64,000 bases of DNA, taken from positions 52,368,788 to 52,432,787 of the forward strand of contig CM120640.1 in assembly GCA_051362555.1 (NCBI GenBank). Reading direction: 5' to 3'. The translations under genes and the position numbers were made by a program. Source of the stretch: Lingula anatina. Its lineage: Eukaryota > Animalia > Brachiopoda. This document shows positions 11,679-25,200 of this stretch, piece after piece (the first letter of the stretch is position 1; every line of letters starts with the position of its first letter). The notes beneath the pieces are model-generated. The model saw only the letters and a list, made by a program, of their open reading frames with translations, had not been told where the DNA came from and searched no databases.

Positions 11679-14600
11679 GTGAGTAAAACAGAGTGCTTTT
11701 TATGTTTTTAACTTTTGTTAGTGGTTTAATGTCGATTTTTTAGAAATAGCGTTGTTAATTTTTCAGCTGACGTGGCCTGTTTGTGCCAAGAGTTTTATCA
11801 CGTACTCCGTTTCCACTGCCTCTAGCATAATTCAAATGCCTGAAGGGTTAAAAGCAGCAGTACACATTTGTGGGCGTTTTATAGCTTAAACCTTCATTTA
11901 GCCATAATAGTGTCTTTTTCTTGGACCCTATTATCTTAAAATATAAATCTATTTTTGATGATAGGCATTATGTCATGGTGTCATCATTGTAGGCCTATGC
12001 ATATTTTTATACCAACACATAACTGACTTATGTTTTATTATGATGTTCATAAAACCGATTTTTAATATAAGCAAAATGGGTCTTTTTGACACCCTTAAGC
12101 AGAAATGAGAAACAAGTTAAACTCTCTATTGCTGATCTGTTTTTCCTAAAAACATCTGGCATAGGGTATACATAAATAGAACTCTGGCAGTTTCAGCCAT
12201 GCTTGCAGAGGGCAGGTGTTTTGCTATTAAAAGGTAGTATAGGCATACGCTGTAGAGCATGCTGACCATGCATCCTGTGGCATTTATTCTTCTTACCAGC
12301 CCCTGACTATGTATAATGAATATGTGAGGAAACACTTCTGGTATTACACCTGGCCCTTGACCTTCTCATCCCTGAAAATGTTTTTGGTAGAAGGTATAAG
12401 TATTTGGGATGTAACCACTGAAGAACCCTACTATTTAACCCACTGTACATAGTTGTTAATACTGTCTGTTAACGTTATTAGAATATGTGTTTATAGGCTT
12501 CAGCCGTTTACTTTTTAGATAATAAATGTTTTTCCCAATAAATGGATGATTTAAAAATCATTCTATGATATATAAACAGCCTGATTTGGAACAAACTTTT
12601 TCTTTTTCTATATATATATATTATTTGCTTAGAAAAAAAAACCAACATAATGGAAACATTGATGTAGTCTTGTTAAATTTTTATCATGATAGGCTGCTCA
12701 CCTTTACATCATATTTATATTTATTTCACATATTTTATTAATGATTTTATTGTAATTGCATAGATACAACTTTATCAGCATGCTGCTGCTGCTGCCTATA
12801 CATTCCTGCTAAGTAACAAAGACAATGAGGCCATGCAGAAGAATATCCACTACTATCGAAGCCTGCCCCAAGTGAAAGATGAATTTTTTGTAAACTTGGA
12901 AGAAAAACCTTATCAGGTGAGAAAAAAGGATTCTAACCAAACATTGCAGTATGTTGGCACACCCTACATTATTGAACTGTCATACAAGTCTTTTAAGTCT
13001 TATGAACAGTATATTAGGGTGCAAATAAAATTTTCAAACTATTCTTATTGATGTGTTACAACACTTAACTTTTCTTATCATGACCAATATAGACATGATT
13101 CACAGATTTTTTCAATCACTATTAAATAATAATTATAGATTTAAAGAACTGTTGAAAAACAATTTTAAACCTACCTAGAAATGTGATAAAGATTTCTTCT
13201 AATTGTAAAAGTTAAAACCTTTTTGAATTACAATGTAGTAAGTCTTTTTAATGGTTGAGAAAGGTGACCAAGATTGACAGAACAATGGAAGTTAGAGTAT
13301 GTGAAATGTGTGGAGTGACCAGCCACAGCTAGAAATATGTTTATGTGGAATGTTAAACAGTAACTCACAGTGGAGTAAGCAGGTTAAAGTCCTGAAATGT
13401 AGCTACAAATGCATGTTTTCATATTAAAAGGAAAATGTTGCTAAGATGGATTATGAGCTTTAAAACAATGGACGCTGTAGTGCTCCTGGACAATAAAATT
13501 TTTGATTCTTTGCCGTTTTGGAAAAATGTGCACAGAGAAATTGTATTTAAAATGTATCAAAATGTAGATCTTTATACATTAAAAGAAATTTATTTCATGT
13601 CTTTCATTGTAAGGTATTGCACATTCTGTCAATGGCACTGTATTTCACTTTTGCATTCCAAGTTACTTTGCTATCTGTATCTGTATAGGATTTAACTTTT
13701 TTCAATTGAGTTACTGGCCCCATCTTTATAATAGGTGCCATATTGCCGCAGAATTATAGCTTGAAACTGGGGTTTTCTGCATCAGTTGGTTTAAATCAGA
13801 TATTCTGGAAAAATTGGATGAAGTTAAATTATTCATGCGGAGAAAACCTTGTTCTATTCCACATCATTTCTCTCCCACAGTGTGGTTAGTTATCCTAATA
13901 TCTATATGACAGAAGTATAATAACTGCCGTCCTGAGCTTGCCCTGCAGATGTTTAGTTCTCAGTTAGAAAACTGGACTTTTAACGCCTTGAACAGCATGG
14001 CAACTATTTCCCAACTGGTAACAACTTCCCTTAGAGAGAAATGTTACAGCATAACAAGCTCATGGGTTGCCAGTTTTACCTTAACCAATCTCACCATAGG
14101 TTAGGATGGTAAAAAATGTGGCTTTGTGTGCTGTGTTGTTCTTCCTTATTGGATCCAAATGTCCTAGTCATTACTTTTAGGTTTTCCCACCAGGTCCTCT
14201 ACCAGATGTCATCATCTTTTGACAGAGGGATATCAGAAACAGACAATGTCTACCCCATTCATCTTGTGATTTCTTTTGCTTCACTCATAAAAAACATCAA
14301 TTTTGTCAGAAAATGAAACATGTTTCCTTCATATCCTCTTGAAATTATTCTGTTATCACCTGTGTTGAAATAACTGAAAAAGAATGGAAAACATAAATGT
14401 GCGCTAGCAGACAAAATGTTTTTTAAATAAAGAAAAATATGGAAAGTGGATGGGGTATTAAATTTTGCTTCTATATTTGAGTATTTGACCTGTTCCTGCT
14501 GCTAGAAGATTGACCTTTTTTATGGCTGCAAGGTGAAGTGGAAATGTAAGAAAATTCCAGATGTACAACATATTTTGATGTTTGTAACAAATCGTTTGAG

Positions 14601-17600
14601 CCATATTCAAAGCTTTAAACAAGATGTTTTGTTTGGCTTTCAGTGTGAGAACTAGTTTTTTCAGATGATTCCTTGATGATAAACTACAGTTTTCTTAATG
14701 ATAAACTATGGTTTCCCTTGTTTTAATCTTCCTTTTAAGTTCCACTATGATTTAGGCAATATTCCAGTTCTTCACAGCTTAATGCACATTTTATGCCTTT
14801 GGCCAATAAACAGTAGATGAAAGCAAATGCAATTTTATTTCAGCAATTGGGTCATTTTTTGCTTGAGTTGCTGTTGGCAGTTTGCTTAATATATACTGGA
14901 AACTGTTATCTAATGCCAGTCCCATTCTATGTCAAATTGCATTGAAAAGAATACCCTTAAAACATAAAACCATGACTAAGCCATAAGTCATTAGTCAAAT
15001 AGCAAAGGCAAACTAAATATTCTCTTGTTGGTTGGGGGTGGGGGGCATCAAAGGAAATGTTATGTTATGAACCATTTGTCATTAATAAGTCACAAAGTTT
15101 TGGGTAATATCTATTCTTTTATTTTGATTCAGTTCAGTTTATCTTTATATTATTATTTTTGTCTTTTCAGAACAGATTTTTGTAATACACGACTGAAGTT
15201 TGCATTAGTGATGTCTTTTGGGTAAAAGTGCCTCTGTAAGCTGTTGCAATGTGTTTGCTTTGTGTGAGGATAGTGTTAATCTGATAATTCCTTTTTTTTC
15301 ACAGACCCACTATATTAGGGCAGTTGAAGCCTACAACAGAGAAGACTGGCTGGGCGTTATAGAAAGCATGGAGAAATCAACAAGAGAGTACTTCAAGGAA
15401 CACAGGACATGCAGACTGCTGTGTGAAGGAAAAGTTGAGCAAGAACAGCAGCTAGACTTTATTGAAAACATTGCAGGTAGAGAAAAAAAGTTTTTGATAT
15501 GACATTGTGTTTACTGATAGAAGTGTATTTGGTCTGGTATTGTGTTGGATATGATAGTGTGCTTAGTGGGATATTGTGTTGGATATGATAGTGTGCTTAG
15601 TGGGATATTGTGTTGGATATGATAGTGTGCTTAGTGGGATATTAGAGAGTTTCCGTTGCCGGTGAGATACGCCGGCTAGATTAATACGTCATCGGTTTGT
15701 GCGCACTTGTGACGTTCACCACATTCATATACCGTCATCCTATCTAGTCTGCGGAATACAAGCGCTCCTATCTAGCCAGTGCGGAAGATTATTGAAAATA
15801 GTTATTACAGGTTATGTTTGCTAATTTATATGACTTATATACTTTTTTACAATAGTTCAAGTGTACGTTCATGCAAATTTCGACTTTTTAACAGAGAGGA
15901 GCCGCTAGTTTTGGTTTATCAGGCATGTAGTCAGGGGTTGATCGTGGGGTTCTTACGAACCGCCATTTTTGTCGGGAAAAATTGCACTTTTGGGTAATAT
16001 TTGTCTCCTTTTTCATAAAAAAGAATCCCCCCTTGGAAATAGATGGCTACGGGGCCGTATATTGTTATTATTATATTGGAATGAGCGCCAGCATTCCGGG
16101 ACATAACCGGAACGCGAAGAGAGAAGCGCGTTACTGGATACATTAGCACATACGTAACAATCTAGCCGTCGTATCCCAACTGCACCGGAAACTCTCTATT
16201 GTGTTGGATATGATAGTGTGCTTAGTGGGGTATTGTGTTGGATATGATAGTGTGCTTAGTGGGGTATTGTGTTGGATATGATAGTGTGCTTAGTGGGATA
16301 TTGTGTTGGATATGATAGTGTGCTTAGTGGGATATTGTGTTGGATATGATAGTGTGCTTAGTGGGATATTGTGTTGGATATGATAGTGTGCTTAGTGGGG
16401 TATTGTGTTGGATATGATAGTGTGCTTAGTGGGGTATTGTGTTGGATATGATAGTGTGCTTAGTGGGGTATTGTGTTGGATATGATAGTGTGCTTAGTGG
16501 GATATTGTGTTGGATATGATAGTGTGCTTAGTGGGATATTGTGTTGGATATGATAGTGTGCTTAGTGGGATATTGTGTTGGATATGATAGTGTGCTTAGT
16601 GGGATATTGTGTTGGATATGATAGTGTGCTTAGTGGGGTATTGTGTTGGATATGATAGTGTGCTTAGTGGGGTATTGTGTTGGATATGATAGTGTGCTTA
16701 GTGGGATATTGTGTTGGATATGATAGTGTGCTTAGTGGGGTATTGTGTTGGATATGATAGTGTGCTTAGTGGGATATTGTGTTGGATATGATAGTGTGCT
16801 TAGTGGGGTATTGTGTCGGAAGTGATAGTGTGCTTGGTAGGGTATTGTGTCTGGTGTGATAGTGCGTTTAGTGTGGAATTGAATTTAATATGACAGTGAC
16901 ATTTATGACAGGCTGTGTGCTAGAACGTGTCTTTGTGATCAGTTTTCAAATATTTCCAAGCAGTTGCCAGTGCCATCAATTTCTGTCTTCTTTCACATTT
17001 TTCTGAACTGCAACCTGTTGGTATGCAAAGCTTAGAATTTATATTTATCTGTGCATATGAAAACAAAAAATTAAATTGTCATCCCTTAGTCTTAGAAACT
17101 GACTAAACTAACTGCAAACTTTTCCTTAAGACATCTTGAACAGATTGCATGTTCCACCTTCCCCATGTCTGCCTGTGGTGGAAATTTCCCTACATTAAAC
17201 TTATGTTGGGTATCAAAGTGAAGAAGAATACACAGAACAAAAACCATTCCCTAGAGATCCTCCACTTGTGTTAGTTTTATAAAAAATAGATTGCCATCCT
17301 ATGGCAAAAATTGATTTTGTCTGGCAAAGTCACATTCCAGAGTGGTGGAGGAGGTGTGTTCACACACAATAGATGGAGTGATACTGAATCTTTTACAACA
17401 TTATTCATCATTAGAATCAAGCAAGTAAGAGCAGAATTTTGGTCTGGTTTACTGTTGTTCTCTTCATAACAGTAAATTGAAAGTTTTAAGTTAATCTGCA
17501 TACAACTTGTGATGTGAACACACCACAGTGTTTGTTGATGACATGTTAAAAAGGATGTCATTTTATATGTGACTGCATTCATAGAGTCACCTTAAAGATA

Positions 17601-19183
17601 ATTAAAGCCAGAGGACAAACTATGAGGTGTATTTAAGTACACTGGAGGCACTTGCCCATGATGCAATCCAATTAACCTGTCTAACAATTAAAGCAATGAA
17701 TTAATCAGTGCTATGAAAGATTGAATCGATAAGGTGAATCCCCCTGCTTCCCACTCATCATAAAGGCAATTTGATCTCTGCAATTAGATATTCAAGGGTA
17801 ATGATGAGTTCAGATGATGCCCATTCTCTGTCATTTATATGCTTAAAGCCATTAAATTATGTTTCATAAAGTTGGAATAAGCAATTTGGTCCCTGAAACA
17901 GAATAATGTTATTGCTGTTACCATTTTCCCTACTCATAACTAAATATCTATACTTCAGTTTATTCTACATAGTTCTGACTATAGGCATGGTTTTAATGGA
18001 ATCATTGCATATACTTTGGTATGATTGAAGCTTAAATGGTGTAAAGATAATAATTATTGCAAGGAAATTGACATTGGGATGCAGGCAAAAGTTATGTGCT
18101 TTGCTTATTTACTAATACTAGAGGGAGACTTTGTAAAACGAACTATATTATATGCAGGAGTAATTTCTGATATGTTAATTTTTTATGAATGCCCCCTTAA
18201 AGAATTTGAGCTTTATTTTTTTTTAAACATTAAGGCATTTTCCAAAACTTCTTTAGTTCTATTATTTTTAGCTGATAAACTCTGATTCCTCTACACATAT
18301 TTGGTAACTATGACAGCACAGATTCAAAATAAATAAAAAAGTTTTTTTTGTCATCACCCAGATTTTTTAATCACTGTAGCAATGTCAGTTAAGTAACAGT
18401 TTATAACTTGCTTCTGTAAACCATAAGAATTCAGTCCTGATACCCAATAGTTGGAATATCCATCCCCTTGTGAAACACAGGGCTCAGGTGTCTCTTTCTC
18501 TCTGCAGAGCCAGATGTGTATGTGTAGTTACCAGATAAATGTATACTTCACTTTATACTTGTCAAGTGCGAGACTTGTTTGAACAAATTGTCCCAGGAAA
18601 ATAAGAATAATAAAAACGAAGTTTGAGCTGAAAGAAAAGACTGACTGAAAAAAGGCAGGTTTTTCATTGTATGTCTCATGTAACTTGAATTAGACATTCA
18701 ACATGTAGGCCCAACAAACCAGCCTCAGCATATTTGCCACTTTTTCTCAGTCTAGTTGCAAAATGGCATTACAAGCCCTTCTTTATTAATGCTGTATGTG
18801 CTTCCCACACATACTTTTAGTTTAAAATGAAAGTTTTTTATTCCACCTTGCTAAACTATGGGTTTATATTAATACTTTTTAATGCAATTTACTGCAAGTT
18901 AAATCTGAATCTGAGTATCCATCAACCATGCACACAGGGAATTTGATAATATAATCAGAATGATAGAGTTTAAATGAAAGTCAGTTAAAAGGCATACTCA
19001 GAGGAGGTCCATCAATCACATTGCTGCTTTTAAAAACCAAAGCCCCCCCCCCCCCCCTTTTTTTTTTGAAAGATTAATCATATCTTAAATAAACTATAGG
19101 ATGTGACATGCTCAAATGGGATTTTTGTGTTTTTCCTTGAATATATTTCATAGCAATGAATTTTAGAATATCACACACACATA

Positions 19184-19230
<47 letters not shown>

Positions 19231-22200
19231 CAACAGAAACCCAGAAGCACACAAGTTCTTGAAAGAGTATTGAAACAGACTTTTTTAAATACCTGAATTA
19301 CATGTTTATTTATAACAAGAGGTTCACATGTACTATAATTGGTGACTCAATGCCAGTTAAGATGTGTAAATTAAGTTTAGCACTTAAACTGTGGCACATG
19401 AGGCTAACAGTATGGAGAGGCAACCAAATTAAGATGTAGAGGATATATTTCAGGTGATAAGCAGACGGATAATGCAAGTAGTCAGAGAGAAACAGGAGAA
19501 ATCTCCATCTTGGCTGTGCAAGTACTCCCAACTGTGTCAAAACAAACTTGAGTCATATAATCTCTGGCTGTCTGTGTTTTCAGTTTTTGTTGGTGTCTGC
19601 TTCTGGTAGATCTCCTCTCCCTCAGTGCAGTGCTGTTTAAGATTTTGTTAGTGACCAAAATAATTTATTATGGCTACAGATATTTGTAATGCAAAAAAAA
19701 AAAAAATCTAATTGATTTGTTATTGATTTGGGTCTTGGAAATTTGACTTAACTTAAAATGGTAGAATGATCAGAGCAACTTCATATTTCCATCAACACTA
19801 AGTTGAAACAGAAGTTCTCTGCACATTGCTCATAAATGATATGTTATGCTCTCTGGTATGACAAGCCGTCTGGTAGGAAATGGGTCCAAATTACATGAAA
19901 GAAATTTTTGCAATTTTGACAAAGCTTGTAGGTCAGTTCCATTTTTCAACCATTTTTGGTTTTAGGTACTGATTTTTACAGTCTGGTTCTGATCCATTTT
20001 ATGACCATCAAAATGATTAGGATCTCTATTTTTCTCACAAGGCTTACATTTGCACTTTGAGAAACACTTGACCATCCTAAGAATGTAAAAAGGCTCTACC
20101 AAGCCTCTTTGAATTAGAAGACCCATTGGTCAGTTTGACAGGGACACTGCCCACAGTCTTTGTCAAGGTGTTACTGTTTTTTTACAGTGTTGAATTCTGG
20201 ATCCTGAACACCATGCCTAATTTAACACCCTTCCTCTTTCCTTTTCCCTTTTATCAGGTATTTTTAATGTATTGCATTTTAATGAAGATTTGCAGTTCTA
20301 CTTCAAAAACACTGGTATTTGTTGCCTAGAAAAAAAGCTTCAGAAGGATTTTATTCATATCTGAAATGCTGATTCATTATTTAAAGAGAATACTAAATCC
20401 ACTTTCTCAAGGATAAACTAGCTTCTACATTTGAAATAAAATGTTTTTAGACAGCGCATTCTGTAATAAAAAAATCTAGATAGATATAAATTCGTGAACA
20501 AAAGGTTCTGCATACATTAAGGCAGGGCACTGATTATTGAAAGCATTCAGTTGGAGAGTTGCTTGCATAACCTCATACCATAGGTTTCTGCCTAACATAA
20601 TGCAAGTTATAATTGTTTAAATTAATTTAGAAGTTTTGGGGCAAAAAACTGCTTATTTTGGAGTCGGCCATTATTGAGTTCACCTTGACATACAAGTGAA
20701 GCCTGCTATTAGTTTCCCAGCCAATACCTATTTAATTACATCCTATAATTGTTTTTTTTTTCAGTGTATTAATATACAGAAAGGTTAGGTTAATGCTAAG
20801 GCATCATGAGCAGTTCTGTACACTGTTCACAACTATCTGCTATATATACACTGCACTAAACTAGAGTGTCTCTCTATAGTGCTATGATAACCTGTAAACA
20901 AATCTGACTGGTTGACTTCCTGAGGTGATCACCTCTCCAGCTGATTAGAAAACATTCAGGATAGCTTCCACTCTGATGGGGAAAGATATACCTGGTGGAC
21001 TCATTCAGTGCTCTTAGTGTTTTACAGCCTGATACCAGAGCCAGGTACACTGGGAACACTGGTTTGGAATGTGTTCTGACAGTATATCATGAATGTGTTT
21101 ATGTGGTATTTCAGGGTGTGGTTTCTGATTCCTCTGTAGCTTTTTCTGGTGAAAGAAGTACCCATCTCCTCAATGAACACAACATCAACATCTCTAGCCA
21201 ACCAATGTACCCCCCTCCACCCCCTCTCTCTCTCTCACCCTGTCAACAAACCCCATGCCATTGCTTTTATTTATAGTAACTCTCCATCTGCTACTGTTAT
21301 AACTGCTGGAAGTGTTTGGCTGTCCAGACCAATTGATTTGGCCTCCTAACATTTCCTATTAGCGGATGCTGCTATCACCAACCACATCTGACAGCAGGCA
21401 GCAATGCCAGATAACATATCTTTATTCTGCCATATTAATCTCATTTAATTGCTATTTGATAAAATTGTGCAAATATTGGCTGTTAATGTTAACTTGTTTA
21501 CCTGCCTTGATGTTGATGATTAGTGCAAATCTGGTTAACCTGCGTTAAGACAATTAAACTGTCCGGTCTGGTCAAAAGTTAATAGAATGGGTATTGAAAG
21601 TGTGCCTTATCTAAAAACAATTTTACGTAATTTGTTACAGATGGGAGATGAAAGATAATAAGATGATGATGATAATATCATGGTGTTTTGTATGAAAAAA
21701 TATGTGGAAATAGATTGTTAAAAAAACAAAAGAATAAGTACAATATTATATGAAAAAATACAGCAGATTAGAAATTAATTAGATTTTAAGATGTGACGCT
21801 TTTTGCTGTAATATAATTTTTTACCCAAAAATCACATTTTACTTTCCAGACTATTTCATAAAAGTTTTAGACTGTAAGAAGAGTTGTGGTCAGAAACTGG
21901 ACAAGATCTATGGCCAGTTTATAGAGGACTTCATAGCAGGCTGCTACCACTACTTACAGTTTGCCTATTTCAAGGGTAAGTATGCCAGATCGTAAGTAAA
22001 GGCCCTGAAAGGAAAACGGTATGCATGGCTGAAGCTGGATGTTGCCTTTATTTTTTTGCAAGCACTCCTGTGAAGTTTCTCTGTATTTACTCCCCTTTTT
22101 ACTAAAATTCCTGGGCAGTGTCTGTTCATGTACTATGTGTATTTTAAGTTTCCCTGTGTTTTCTGTGGATTTACACTGGTAGTATGCCCATACCCAGCTT

Positions 22201-25200
22201 GATTGAAGTAATTGTAGACTAATTACAGGAAAAGAAGTTATCCAGACAAGCAAAAATGAGAAAAAATGTGAAGAAATACATTACAGTGTGACACTTGCAG
22301 AAAAAAGGTGGTTTGTTTTCCATTGTGAATAAAGTTGACCTTGTGTCCTGGTTCAGGAAAAATAGTTCCTATGGTTTTGAAACTGTAAACTAACTTTTTG
22401 AACAAAGGAATGTCCAACGGATGTCACTGTATGCATTGTTTCTTCCCATGAAGTAGATTTGAGATCCCAATTCCTGCAAGGAAGTAAAAATGTTTGATTA
22501 TATCTTAAATTGCTATATGAATTACTTTAAAGAAAACTTGCCCACTTAAATCAAACACATAAAACAAGGTAAAAACCTAATCTTGTCCAGAAATACTGAA
22601 TGTATATTTAGAAATCCTGGTGGTGTTGATGGCAAAGAAAGAAATATCCATGCAATTCAGTATGTAAATTTCAATTGATGTCCATTTGGTCTCCTGCAAT
22701 TCACATTTGACTAATCGCCCAAGCCTAATAGCATTTTGCTCTTTTTAGAACTATTTATTCTTTATGTGGAAAGTCAATCTCCACCCACTTTCTTTAGAAC
22801 CAACATTTCCTTTCCTTCCTTTTTTTGCCCTTTCAACTGAGAGTTTTTAAGTGCTACAAATGTGGCCTCATTAGTCACATCCAGTAAAGGATGTTCCATT
22901 TCTTCAGCTCTTTTTCCACTTGACTGATGACTTTCAAGATCTTTGCACAAGTTTATAGACATGTACAGGAGTAATTACTTAGATCGTGGGGTAAGGGCGA
23001 CCTTATGCTAGGAAGAGGGAGGGGAATTGGTGCGTTGAAGTTTATGCCTAGAATGCTAGTAGTTGTTGGTTTGTGTGTGGGTATAATAAAGCTTTGCCTT
23101 TTAAACAGATAATGAAATATAGTTTGCACAAAGCTGAAATTATTCAAATATTTCATGTTACTTGCAATTGATTTGTCTACATGTGTTTCAGTGCTCAAGT
23201 TTATTAAAACATTGGTACAGTTGAAAATGCGCTTACATCATGTTTTATTTAAAGGTTAGTGATTATATTCAAACTTTAAAAAATACTTCTGCTGATAAAG
23301 ACAGAACAACAAGAAGTTACAGTTATTATATTATTGCAATGAAATTCTGATGACTGTCAAGCATAGTTTTTGGAGTAAAAAAAAGAGAAGAGAATAATAT
23401 ATAATTAATGATTTTAAAATAAGATAGTGACTATTATTGAGTGATATGTAACAATAATTGACACTCCTGCTGTACCTCCATATCAAATCCATAGATAATT
23501 TTATCAGTCTGCACCAAATAGACATGTTTTTATTGGAAAACAATATATGATTGCTTTTCTGTATCTGTTGATCAGATTAGACTTGCAGATTCCATCGTAA
23601 ACTTTCGCTGGGACCTTGAACATGGGATCAGTGTGTTTTGCAATAGCACAATGTACGTATGAACTCCTGTATCAGGTGACCATATAATGATTAGACTTGC
23701 TGATTTTGTGACAGATATTTGCTGAATTCCTACCACATCTCTGCTGTTTGAAACAATATATGAAACTTCCCTGCACCAGGTCGTTAAGATAAGACTTGCA
23801 TAAGGCTTGCTTGCTGACCTAACATGCATTTTTTTCCCCTTTAGGTACACTGAGTTCAAATGTTGATAAGACCTGTTTTATTCATAGCTGATGCATTGGC
23901 AAAAGAACCCTACTTTTTTGTGAGCTTTCTCTCAAAGCAGTTTGATGCTAACAGTGCCAATTTAACAAGCCTATTAGAAAACTTGTTAGACCTACAACTT
24001 TTGAAACTTTCTTGGAAACTGTGAAAATTAAAAAAAAAAGATAATGGTACTCATCTCAGAGTTATCAGCCCCAGACTTGCTATCTGTGGCCACTCGCATT
24101 TATATGAGTTGTGCTAGCTGCTCTGTGAGAACCAGGGTGGGAACCGGCTCCTGCACATCCCTATTTCATTATCTCTCTACATCATCCTGCATCATGTGTC
24201 TGTGAAATTCAATTTACTGAAGCAAGGCATTAGATTTTCCATGCAGAGTGCTAAGCAAGTTGATAGTGTATGAATATTGATTGAACTGTTCACTTTAGGA
24301 ACCAGGCACATTGACGGCAAGGCAGCGATCATCATTTCATGGAAATTTCTCCATTGACTGACTGGTTGGCACTTTGTCCTGTGCCAGGACTCACTATCCT
24401 CTGCCAACAAAGAGAGCTGAAATACAATTATCTTTACATTAGTTACATGCCAATCTATCCAGATTGCACATACTTAATAGTTTAATACTTTAATCAAGAT
24501 CTTTGATTGAAAAAATGGAGAAAAACTACATGGACATGCCAAAAATACAAATTGCAACAAGATGTCTCAGTGCTTTGAGTAGAGGTTCTACTCAGACTGT
24601 TATAGCAATGTTCTTTTTATTCCCCCCCCCCCCCACCCCCATCCCTAAAAAATTACAATATTTAATGAAATTGATTAATGGCCTTTTTTTAAGTTTTATA
24701 TACAAAGATGTGATTGGTATGTTACAACAACGTGTTAACTAGTTTTCTCCTTTTTCTTTCAGGTTCTTCTTTAAACAATAACAAAAAGGCATGCAAAAAC
24801 GTGACTAAAAGCAGTTGTTGAATTTTGTTTAGAATATCAGTTATGAAATTAGATCAGTTTTGTGGATTCAAGAAAATTGATATGAACTTAGAAATAATTT
24901 CCAGTTATGTTCACTGAGGCGATAGAGAAATTCAATTTCTTTGTAAACCAAAGCTTAATCAGTGCTTAATCAAGTGGAATACCTTGGGAGGAATTTTATT
25001 ACTTTTCCCCAGTCTATTTAGTTCCACAAATTTGCAAATCACCAGCGGCACAACTCCCTTCATTTAAACAGTATCTTTTCCAAACCAATCCCTGTCCAAG
25101 CCAGTCAGTTGACTTATCTGAAAACTTGAATTCCGTGTAATGAATCTCTTGGGGTTTTCATTTCATATATCAACAGTAGCTTCATTTGACTTGGCAAAGG

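Noticed and set aside
15920-16057. Small nested TIR element inside the MITE (CAGGCATGTAGTCA...TGGCTACGGGGCCG)
   Set aside because: Only about 9 of 14 positions pair and no TSD is visible.
15539-16810. 34-bp repeats as a CRISPR array
   Set aside because: Units are head-to-tail with no unique spacers, there are no cas genes, and the context is a eukaryotic intron.
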